A DNA stretch of 63,353 nt, counting the filler, from Bipalium vagum (taxonomy: Eukaryota), in the NCBI GenBank assembly GCA_037834085.1. It is 3 parts of 3 records of this genome, joined end to end, with 100 filler letters (N's around TTAATTAATTAA, not from the genome) between each part and the next. Parts side by side here need not be neighbours in the genome. Positions count along the whole stretch, not along the records: positions 19,153 to 47,431 come from JBBMKC010057892.1; 2 more parts are not named here. One strand, 5' to 3'. The first letter of the stretch is position 1. Every line of letters begins with the position of its first letter. The notes beneath the pieces were generated by a model. It saw nothing but the letters and a program-made list of their open reading frames with translations. It had not been told where the DNA came from and did no database searches. Positions 25,236 to 38,100 of the stretch are shown one piece after another. The position numbers and the translations under genes are program-made.

Positions 25236-26150
25236 TAGCATATCATTATTTTAATTTTTAGTCTTTTTATATTCTATCTCATATCCAATCTTTTTAGAAA
25301 GTTTGAAATTATAGAGTAATTTGTTTTTTGTTTTTCAATATAAAAGTAATTGCCTTATAATCGATCCGTAAAGTGAACTGTTTGCTATACAAATAATGCT
25401 CGAACTGTTTTGTGAAATATGTTACGCTATTAAATTACTATAAGACATTGTCATAACATTTTTTTTAGTATTATCCTTATCTTAATTCTGACCCTTTTGT
25501 GGTCTTAATAATTAATTTATAATAATTATAAAATATTCTAGACCCTTTTTTGGTATTTAAAAGATAATTTTTACAAGGGTTAACATGGATGAGCCCTTGG
25601 CTAACTCAACAAATATAATATCGATAGAAACTCTTTTCACATTATACAATATCCTTTTTACATAAACTTCACATAAAATTTATGCAATCACACGCTCCCT
25701 TCCCATTTCAGTTATTTAAGATAGCATTACCACAATTACTGGCAATTGTGTCTAGAATCAAAGGCTTATATAGATCTGGAAAACAAAGTAATGGAGGATT
25801 AGTCAAAACTGTCTGAAGTTCTGTGTCACTTTCTGTTGTCCATATCAGATCCAAAATTTTCAATTTTTAAATGAAAAATTTTTTAATATTTTTTTCTTGA
25901 TATGATCAATGTTTAGTGATAATTTAAAGATAATAGTAAGAATTAATTTCATCTGATGTGAAACAATTCATGTGGAATGTATTTAGGAGTAATAAAATAC
26001 AAAAAACTGATGTACAATATAAAATTATGTTGTTAATAGAAATAAAATTGATATTACTTATATTAATTATTATAAAGTATTTTCTTTGTCTAAGTTTGTT
26101 AAAATGTAATAAAGTAAAATTCAAATTTAAAGTCTAATTAGTTTTATAAT

Positions 26151-29100
26151 ATGCTCATTAAAATTTTATTTTTTGTATTAAGCATTTTGTATAGTTATTG
26201 TAAAGAATTTAAACTCAGTGACTCAAAGATTTTACTTCCAAGAACTAGTTTTTTACCTATTAATTACACAATCAGGGGTTCTCCTGCTATATGTCATGAA
26301 TGGTATCTTTAAGTATGCCTTTTATTATTATTATGATTTTAATTTTAGGATATCTGAAACACCTGAAGTTGTTTCAATCACGCCTATATATGATTCTGAT
26401 ACCCTAGCACCAAAATGCTCACATCAGGCCATTATAACATCTGCTTGGCAGTCTAATATCAAAGCTACTGGATCAGTATATGCAAGAAACATCGGTTTAG
26501 TATTTATTGTTGAAATTTATTTTAATAATATTTTTAGCAACTGGTCATAGTGTTAAATGTGACGTTATTATTGACCAAATTAGAAAATTGGAAATAGAAA
26601 CTCGCACATTAGAGCTCTATTTACATGAAACACCTGAATCATTGATTGCAAGAGCTTATGATGAGTTCGGAAACACATTCTCAACCTTAGATGGAATACC
26701 TTTTGAATGGTTAATAAACAGCAATGGGTCAAATGGAGATGGTCAGAATGTTCTTAGATTTATCACCTGGACAGAATCCGAATATTCTACACCACAGTTG
26801 ATTGGTAGTTTAGAACAACAAGGATTACAAGTAAAATATTTTAATTTTTCAATGTTTTTTCTTCTAACAATTATTTAATGTGTTTGTCTAGTTTTCATAC
26901 TACTTTAACAGTATTTTAATTTCTATAGTAAAATGTATTTCTTTCGAAACAAGAACTTCCGTTGTCAAAAATATTTATTATCTGACCTACCTAAACATTG
27001 ATCTGTTAAGGGAATCTTCACATAATTTTTACATAATTCCGAGAAAAATTTAATAAACTGTGAAACAAAGTCATGTACATAATTTTAAAATTTTTGAGTG
27101 TCAGAATAAATGCTTAAGAAAATCTTGAAAGCCTGATTTGTTTTAAAAGTTAATTATTAAACATGGTATTGTAACTGAGTCTTTTGATTGTTGAGAGAGA
27201 ATAAGTTTTTTCACCTCTGAATCCTGTAAAAATGATTTAGGATTACATATTTTCCTTACAAAAAAGCTTGTTCTTATCTATGCATGTAAAAATATCATAA
27301 CTCGACTAAAATCAATAAGTTTTCGTTAACAATTTAAAGGTTTATTAAAAAAGCAACATTTATTTTATCAAAACGCTTTCTGACCATCTTGGCCGACTTT
27401 TTGAGTTTTTCAATTTGATTATGATTGTCTTTGGAACCATCTTTTGGCATTTTTCTTCTCCAGATTATTTTAGTAGCCTCACTTCAGCTCTTTTATTTTG
27501 CCAGGGAATGGTTAAAACGAAAAATAAGAAAATTAGTTGGTGTTCTTTGCCAGTCGTAAGCTGTGCAAAAAATCTTAATGAAGAAATCAACCATCTTAAC
27601 TGCGCCTGGGGGGGAACTATTTATAACTCCCTCAATTCATCACCTATTAGATGTTTCGAAATTACCCTATACCATAAGTCATAAGCAATATCACAGTATA
27701 ACAAATAGAAATAATACCTGGTTTTTGTGTTTTTATCGAAACATACTAATAGGTGTTTTTATGTCTTGAGTTTTATAAATAGTCCCTCCAGGAAAATTAT
27801 AAATATTATACATTAAAATCCTTATTGACCCATCACCATAAAATTTTTTTTTACAAAATAAAATAATAAATACAAAAATACAAAGAAAATTATCATCTCA
27901 CTGCTTTAACCATTTTCAGCCTCCTGCCTTGAGCCTTAGCGAATGAGTCAGGATACAGTTCATTGATTTATTCATTGAGAGTTACTTATTGCCTTTTTTT
28001 TCTCAACCCATGAACCTTGGGTGTCAGACTACTTCTGGCCATTAAGCAATGCTCGGTGTAATCCCATCCTGAGTCGTGGATAGAATTATGATTAAATATA
28101 TACATCAAAGAGAGATAAAATTACTTATGATTTCAATAAAAATAGCATTAAAAAAATAAATAAATAAAATGTATAGTCTCAGTAAAAAAAGATTTTTAAG
28201 ACTAAAAAAGGAGGGGAAAAACAAAAACAAAGTAATTGAATATTTTCAAAAAACCAATAAACAAATCCTCAGAAGTTAAAAGTTATGGTATTGATTGAGA
28301 TAGATACAATTAGTTTACGTGAGTGATAAGTTAATAGTTTTAAAATAAAATATTTCAATTTGTAATGAGTAACAAAATTGTGCTCTGTATAAAATATCAA
28401 AAATACATTTATTATTAACGGAAATTTTAAAATATTCAAATTAACTGTATATTATCAGTAACATGTAGTTTGATTCTATCTTATGAAGTTGTCATTATTT
28501 ATTGTAAAATTAGATCACTTTTATTTAGGGTTATATGCAATTAGTTAGTGGTCTCAAAACTGGAGCAGCAAATGTATCTTTGTACTTCCGAGACGAAAAA
28601 ATGAAGACCTTTATCACTAGCAATGATGTCCGACTTCTTGTTATGGCAAATGCAGCCTTGAGTCCTTCATTAGCATATTTGATTCCTCATACCAAGTTAA
28701 CTTATAGAATTAACGTCCACAGTCAGGGATCTACTCAGGGTAAATTTATATAAATTTTTATTTATTAACTGTACAAAGGTAAATAAGTTTTATAATAAAT
28801 AGTATTAAAAATATTTAAAATTATATTAATAATTTCTTAATTCTAAAAATATTCATAAAAATAATATTTTAATAATATTAATATGAAGAATTTTACATAA
28901 GCATTTATATTAGATTGAGAACTTGTTCCTGAAATCCCTTACAAGAACCAGCCATTTAATGCGAGTGGTATATGTTCGAAAATATATATAATTGCAAATG
29001 GTATTATATAATTATATAATTAAATAAAAAAAAATATCGGAACTTGTTTTTATTATATATTCCTAAAGCTCGATTTTCAGTAATTATTTCTCTGATCTTT

Positions 29101-32100
29101 AATTTCAAATTAGTAAGAAAAAGACAGAGATCATCTCTTTCTATAATTCCCATATAATTTTACAATTCGAGCAGCTCTTATTGGAGTTGATATTAATATT
29201 TAACGGGTCAATTTTAATTGTAAGCCTTTAATATTGCAAAATTTAAACGTATTATTATTCTTCCAGCTTTAAATTCATTGTAACATCGTTTGGTTGTAGC
29301 CCAAGAAGGACTTTGTTCACCGTAAAAGTCATCTAATTCCTTTTGAATTCCTTTTCGACTATTTTTTCTTCAAATAGAGAAAACAGATGACGTTCCAATA
29401 TTGCACATTTTCTAAAGACATTAGAAAAACGCGATTTTCCTGATAAAAATAAAATAATATATTAAAAAAAATCTTCGGTGAATGGAAGATATGCGAATTT
29501 TTATTAATAAAAGAGGGCAACCAGAGATCAACATTCAAACAGGAGAAAGTTAAAACAAATATCTTACATTTACCTATAATATATTGCACTTTATATAATT
29601 ATATTATTTTAAAATTTACATTAACATTTCTACATTAGGGTCACTACTTACTGGACACATCACGCATGAAAACCTGGACGACATAAGAAATGATTTACAA
29701 ATTTATTTTGATCAAAAAACTACTGAATTTTATTCCAATGGAATTCATTCCTTGGTAGATAGATGGTAGAGAATAGTTGACACTGATGAAGAATATTTAA
29801 TCAATTAATATTTGTATTGTTAATAATAAAATTTATTTTGAAATTTTGTTAATTAGGGAATCATAATTAAATTAGATCCTTAATAGTTGCTATAAATACA
29901 TTGATTAAATGATGAAAAATAAATAACCAGAATTTTAAGATAATATTGATTTTTAGTTTTAATTTTTCCGTGAATATCTGATATTCTAAAAATGAAAATT
30001 AATTGAATATAATATAATTGATTAAATAATATTTACATTTTTAAAAAATTTTGATCAAGGTTTATTTAATTAAAATTGTTGAAATTATAAAAATTTGATC
30101 AATATTTTTTACAATATTTTGTAAAAAATAATTTCACTAAAATTCTTTAATATAAAATAATTGTTATTTAGAAGTGAAAATGCCCAATGATCAATACTAC
30201 ATTAAAATAAATCACTCAGACATAGCAGAGCTTGATGAAAGAAGCAACACAATTACAGCCAAAAAATACGGTCAAACTGAAGTGATTTTGATTGATCGAA
30301 GTATTTAAGTTTTCTCTACTCAAGAAAACATTCACGAAATATTTTACAGATATCAATGAACCATTTCGACATCCTTCTTCATTAATCTATGTGGTGGAGC
30401 CAGGTTTTCTAACCTTTCATATAAGCCCTGGTGAAAATCATTGGGTGTTGCAATCGGTAAAGGAGAATATCTATACGATTACTGTTCGTGCTTTTGATTT
30501 TAGCAGTCACCATATTTACATGTCTGATAATATAAATCTGAAAACTGTCATTCCCGAGGCCTTTTTTCAAATTTTATTTTCCTCTGCAAATGGAACATAT
30601 CACGTTGTCAAGGCTATAAAAGATGGTCAGACGAAATTATCATCAAAGATGATGGGTATTATCTTACCGGTAATTGTTATATATTTTTGCACTATTAATT
30701 TTCTAATAACATAAATATCTTTTCCCGTTAAGTATTATAAGTGGTGCGTATAGTGATAAAATTATAATTAATTGAAAATGTATTTCTGAAATATATTTTT
30801 ATGAAATATCTATGTTAAGTAAGTTAGTTTGACGTCTTCAATTTTTGAATGAAAATGAAAGTATTTAAATAATTTAAGGTAATTCTAAATAAAAAATAAA
30901 TGATGTAAATTATCGAGTACGAACTCTGTGGATTATGTGCAAAAAATCAAAATTTTCAAGCTTCAGTTTAAAAAATTACTTAAAACCTTTCATTTAATGA
31001 TAAGGTTATTTATTTATCTCAGATTTTCTGAACATCAAATTCTTCAAAATCACAGTAATTTTCATTAACAGTAACAGTGAAATTATGTCATTTTACAAGT
31101 TCTCAACATATACAGTGTACAATATTTTGATCGATTCTTTCACTACCATTTTATTTTCTTCAATTGCATGAACATTTAGATCTTGATCAATACAAATAAT
31201 TTTTTCATTTGAAAATAATCTAATTGTTCTGAGTTAAAAATGTCAGTTCTATTTCTTTATTATTATGTCGATTAAAATAAAACCATTAACTTTGTTAATT
31301 ATTGATAAAAATCAAAATTATTTCATTTCAGAATATTTCAAAATATTTAATTTCAGAATGAAAAAGAATTTCAATTAGAATCAAATGTTGAAGGCATTCA
31401 AGATTTAATAATCTATCCACCCATCAATGTTGAACCTAGCACAGTTATATTACCTTGGTATCCTGATAACACAGTTATTCCTGGCTACTTGTTAACTGCA
31501 ACTGGAGGAAGTGGTGAATACAAATGGGGTATATTTGACAACAATCCATCAATTTCTGTAAACATAAAAGGACATATCATTCCATTGGTAAGGTTTCATT
31601 ATTTTTCATTAACTAAAATCATTAATTTTTTTAATGTACAATAACAAATTAACTGCTGGTCCAATTATTGTTGTGGTTGAAACTAACCATATGTACATTC
31701 GATAGATGGCAGAATATAACTATTATTTTAAGGAGATCAAAAGAAATTTTTCTGAGAAACCACGTCTTATAAACGTGGTGCACCAAATAATTATTGTATT
31801 TTAAAAATAAAACATAAAACCAACATAGATACTATTTCTTAAAATAATTTCTTTGTAATTCTTTACACTTTTTCCAATGACATGCGAGATCCAATAAAGC
31901 TTTCTTTAAAAAACTTAAGGTGGTCCTTCAAAAATTCATTCATAACAAAACAAAGATCTTCTTTTTAGTATACTGTTTGCTCCATAAGTTCTTTTTTAAG
32001 TGATTGAACCAAAGTCATTAGGAGCGAGATCTGGACTACAGAGTTTGTCTTAAGAATTCCAGGCCACAAGTAGCATTAGTGTGTATTGTTGTGTTGTCAT

Positions 32101-35100
32101 GCAGATAATAAGATTTGAAGTCGGTTCTTCGATCGCAACTTCCTTGTCCTTTGTATGAGATCTGAGTAATATGATATGTCTATTCTCACTCCAATGAAAT
32201 CGATCAAAATTATTCCTTTAGCATCTTAAAAGACAGACAGCATTAAGCACTTATGATGAACGATTGATTAACACATTTTCTTTGAACTGAACTCCCTAGA
32301 CAGTTTCCACTCCACGGACTCTCACTTAGACTTTTGTATATATAAGAACAAAGGTGTTTCTTTATTATCCAAGAATCCCTCAGCAACAAATTGAAGAATA
32401 TGTAGATTTTCTTGACAGATATCAAAACGATGTCGCACTTCAAGATTCAAAAAATGCGATAAAGATCGAGAACATACTTTTTCTACACCACAAGACATAA
32501 GGATAGAATCAAGAGTGCTTTTACTTATATTTAGGCGTAATGTCAACTGTTGTGGTAAGTTTCCGCTCGGCTTGCACAATTTGTATTAGGTTTTGATTTG
32601 TCATTGGTTTCAGGAGGCCTCACATATATGTATTCACTGAAAACAGTATCCTACAATTTGGAAATTCATTTTACCAATGATATGTTGTGCGTTGAGACAG
32701 GCAAATTTTTTTGGTAAACAGCATGAAATTCTGTAATTATTTGATTGCTATTCATTCCATTCATAACAAGACACTTTGATATTGTGTTGCTTCATAAGTC
32801 GTTTCAAAATTTTCGCTTTTAAATAAAAACAGGTTAATATTATAAACCAAATTGATATTCAGTTATCTATATAAACAAAATTATATTGAATAAAAATTTA
32901 ATTTACTTTATTATATTCTTTCTATACGAATAATAATTCTTATTGGGTACATACAGGTGGTTAGTTAAGCATACATTTCCAAAAAATTAGGGAATGATTC
33001 TTTGTGGCATTTTTAGAGTAACTTGCTTCATCAGTAAAAAATATTAGGTTCAGTATTTGAGAATTTTGAGACAATGTTTGTTTCAGCAATTGAATAAATG
33101 CTATTCGTGGAGAAAATTTTCTGTTAAGAAGTGGTTGAACGCGTTGAATGTGGTATGGGGGAAAAATTCGTTGCCTCAAAATTTTACATATATTGCAATT
33201 ACTTACATTCAAGGCGTTTGCTACTATTCTTCCTCTACCATATCACACGCATCTTCATTTTTGATTTTTCTTCTTGTTTTTGGTCTTCCTGGTCTAATTT
33301 AGCCACTAATATTGATGATGTGCGTGAAATAATTGAAAGAGATCAGCATATTACATACCGCGAAGTTGAGGTAATCTTTGGTATTAACATGAAACCATTT
33401 TCAACCATTAAAAAGAAATTACGTTTTGAGCGCTTTTTGTGGCTTGAAGTACTTATAACAATATTCAAGATATCTGTATCTGAAGTGCCATGTAAAAAAT
33501 AATTCAAAATTTGCTTCATTCGCATGCAAGTTTTCTGATTTTAAAGGAAATTATTTTGAATAAAATAAATGTATTTTGGCTCGGTTTGCTATATTTTCCA
33601 GTATAAAATTCCTCAAACTTTCTCAACATCAATTATATTAATTTTATTATTATTATATATATTGTTGTTATTATTATCACTATTATTATATTATAAATAT
33701 TATATTTGATAATGCTTAGTTTACTGAAATTGTAATCTTTATTAATTATTAGTTAAATATTTATTTATTTATTAATAATGTTTTATGAAACTTATTGAAT
33801 CCTTAAATGGTATTTGAAAGTCAGATTTTTTCGAAGTATAGATTTTCATAAATTTTTCATACAATTCAGAAACCGGGGAAGTCCAGTGTAATTGCTGCTG
33901 ATCAGCGAAATCTAAATAATCGAGGTGTCTCTGTTATTTCCGTCAGTATTATTAGTGGTCTTCGATTTTTTCTAAACCGTGTTGAAGTGGAAGTCAATGA
34001 TGAAATTGATATACCTATAATAGCAATTGATGATATTGGATTGAAAATTTCCCATTGCTTTTGGCTTCCGTTTAAAGTAGTTTCCGAAGATCCGTCCACT
34101 ATAGAAATTATTAAAAGTAATTCAAAAATTTTGAGTAACCTATAATGTTAAATGAATTAAAGTGCATTGTTTTTCTATCAGACAAACGATTTAAATGGTA
34201 AGTTCCTTGATTATTGTTTACGTCCATTGAAGATTGATTGAGATTGACAATGGGGACAAATGGAGGGGCATATTAACGGATAATTAGACTCAGTATATAC
34301 CATAATAGTTTTCATTGTTATTCCAAACAATTTAAATAATTTATTGAGGTTTTGTTCAATGTCTTTGGTTTGATTCGGTCTAAGTCAGACTTTAAAGAAA
34401 AAAGGTTGCACACTCATAAAACCTTTAATTGATCTTTGAATTTTTACTTTATAAATATAACTGCAACTACGAAATTGTGGAATGAGTTCAACATTATTTT
34501 CAACTGATAAACACAAATGCAGATTTTGCTTAATTATAATTATTAATCAAATATAATATCCGGGTTTTGTTTGGCGATAATTTAATGGTATAACAATTTT
34601 TAATAATATTTGTAATTTCAGACGAGTGAAACAAATAAACCTAAAGCAGCATTTTTTTAGGCATGTCTTACTTTTATTTAAAAAAGATCAATGCGGCAGA
34701 AGCGCAATGTGAAATATTCAGTGTATATTTCTATCTCTTTTCATAAACTCTGTTATCTACCAGGGATGATTTGCTTATTTCCATTCTGGAGATCTCAGTC
34801 TCCAGAATATTGCTATAGAAGTTCGTCCAGTCACCATTGGTGACAATGAAATCTTGGCCTCAATTAAAACAGATTGGTATATTATATTAACAAGAGAAAT
34901 ATCCCAGAGTTTGGGTACTGAACATTGCACATTTGAAAAGCGCTTTAAAAGTCTTAGAATCATAAAAAATATTATTTTTCTTAATTTTAACACAGAATAT
35001 TGAATTAAATATTTTATTTTTTAAAGAATCAATTACTAAATGTTAATTAAAACTAATGTTAATTAAAAGATTCAAATTTAAATATAATTTTTCAAAAATA

Positions 35101-38100
35101 TTGAAAGTATTTTTCTTTAATGTGAGAGAATGTATTAATTTAATTATGAAAAAGATATACAGACTTTGTAACATTGTAACTATGTAACATTGCCAAGTTT
35201 TAGAGTTTAAAGTTGCAAAGAAATGAAAATAGATTTAATCGATTTTTGTCATTAGTAACAAAATCGTAGCTTAGAAATATATAGACTTTTAAAAAATAAT
35301 TACATTGTCAGAAATGTATGAAATTTTTAATTTGCATAATTTTTACTCTTCATTTGTCGACTTAATAATTAGATTATTCTTTGTAATTTTTATTTGCTTT
35401 TGTTTTATTGTATTTGTTTATTTACTTATATACACAAATTATTTGGATTATTATATAATTTCTTAAAAATTATAGGAATTTTGACAAAAGTTAAAATCAT
35501 AAAAATATTAAAAATATTTTTCAAATACAATAATTATAAGAAAAAATTAAAGATTTTTTAATAAAATTTAATATTATTATGCAGAAATATATAGAAAAAT
35601 ATTCAAAATATAAAGAGAATTATTCAAAATATATAGAAAATTATTCAAAATATATAGAAAATTATTCAAAATATATAGAAAATTATTCAAAATATATAGC
35701 AAAAATATTCGATTGTTTTTATTTGAATTTTATCACATTTAATCAGCCAAAGTATTGTCTCAAGAATTTTACGTGACATGAATCATACCAGAAAGCGATT
35801 AGTCAGAGTTCCCGAAGAGAAAAATAATAGTAAAAACATTCGATGCTAGACAGCTTTATGTGAGGAACTTTGAGTACATTGAAAACTGTAAGCTGGTTTA
35901 CTTAGATGAAACAGGAGCCACATTACACCAAACCAGAAGTTTTGGCCACCATACTCGCCTCAATTAAACCCGATCAAATAGTTTTTCATCAGCTTAATTC
36001 GCAAATATCATCCTTTATGAGAACCATTATAGATCGGGACCATTAAAAAGAATTGATTACCCAAGTACTCATGCATGACGATATTGATTTAAGTGGTTAT
36101 TTTCGCAACATAAAGTCTTGGCGAGACAATACTTTCGTTCCGTAATGTTTTATTGTTTTTATATGTACATTTCCACTCGTGTATTTGTAATGAAAGTTAT
36201 TTTCTATATATTTTGAATAATTTTCTATATATTTTGAATAATTCTCTATATATTTTGAATATTTTTCTATATATTTCTGCATAACCATGTATACATTAGT
36301 AGAATATTTTAAATCTTAATGATAATTTATTGAAATATTGAATATATAAGGCGTTTCAAGAAAACAGCGCATTTGAAATATTTCTGAAAATCCAAAAAAT
36401 TATTTTTAAATATACAGTCAATCCTGCTTAATATGAATATTTCGGTCAAAAATTATTGGAAATCATGTTTTTCATGGAAATTGGAAACACTTTTTTGAAC
36501 ATTAAGCAAAAATAAATCAATAATTTAAAAAATTTTTGTTTAAACATTTAATTTTTAACTGTTTTAACATGAAAAACAAATTCAAAACGAAAGAGAAAGC
36601 ATTTAAGTATCGAAGACAAACAGAAATTGTTAAAATTATTCGATGAAGATAACGATTGTTCTAAACGCTTTCTTTCATCAAAATATAATCTTTCGTTAGG
36701 CTGCATAATTAATCTAATGAAATCTTGAGACACAATTTTTCATTCAAACTTGAATACCAAAAAAACGAAAACCACATTTATGTAGTGGATATCAAGTTGA
36801 TGCCATTTTATGTCCAGAGAACAAGAAATATCAGTGTCATTGATGATATATTATCAGGTAACGAACTAAGTTTTTACGTTTTTTAAATAAAAAATAAATT
36901 AAGACTGAAGTTAAATTTAATTTATTAATCATAAAACATTATTAAACAATTAATCATCCAGATATTACCAATCTTTTTCTATTACTGCCTCCCATCTATT
37001 TAGAAGTTTATTGATCCCACTATTAAAGAAATCTCGATCTTTTGAATGAAAGAAAGTATTTCATTTTTTATACTTTCGGAACTCTTAAAATTTTTACTCA
37101 TCAAGTTATTCCGTAATACCCGGAACAAATAAAAATCGGATGGGGCGATATAGGGAATTTTTTGAACCAATTTTGCACTGTTCGCAGTTGCATTGTTCTT
37201 TCACCAAGCATCTCGTTAAGTTTTGAGACAGTTTTATTTGTGCTTGTGTTATTTTTCCATTCGTAATAAATAATTTCTCGAATTTGTGATTTGTCCAGCG
37301 AATTTTTGGAGAACCTATTTCAGAGGATAATGGTAAATAACTATAATAATTATACAGTAAATTTGAAACTCACGTGTTTAAGCTGTAAACTAAAACAAAG
37401 AAAATTTAGATAAATGAGAATCCCAGGAGGTAACAAATTTAAAGAACTGAAAAAACTAAAAAAATTAGTTCGTTACCTGATAATACCGTACATTATTGGG
37501 AAACTTATTTTAATTTTTTTATTACTTTATTCTTTTTAATTTCAGTAATATCCCCAATTAATTCTAACATATCTGAAAGTTGTGCTCTATTGAGAATTCG
37601 AGGGTTGAAACCTGGATTCTCCATGATAACTATTTCGTTGGAAAATTTACAATCCAATAAAAGTATCTTGGGTTCTTTATTGGCTTCGATAACAATTGGA
37701 TCATTTTTGCCTACAAAATTTATTGATCCTATTTCGATATCGAGTACAATTGCAGTTCGTTCTATTAGGATGATGAGTGTCAGTAATGAATACAATTTTT
37801 TCAATTAAAAATATTTTTTAGATTGCAAATGGACCATTACCATGGGTATTAGATCCATCGCAATACTTTTATGAAATGCAAGAAAATTCTTTAACGAAAA
37901 AAATTATTAAAAAAATTAGTTTTTTACCAGAAAGACCTAATAATATCTTCAGCACTTTATCATTACAAATACAATGTATTGATATCGGAGAAGTGGATGT
38001 AACAGTGTTTATCGGAAACAAACCATCTTTAAAAAACCCAAATCCTTTTATTTCTGTTGGCGTTGTCAGGTAGATTGTCTTTTTTTAGCTTCATTTTTTA

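Noticed and set aside
35579-35776. Repetitive ORF (ENYSKYI)n and its minus-strand twin 36097..36288 as protein genes
   Set aside because: They are translations of the 21-bp TIR repeat units.
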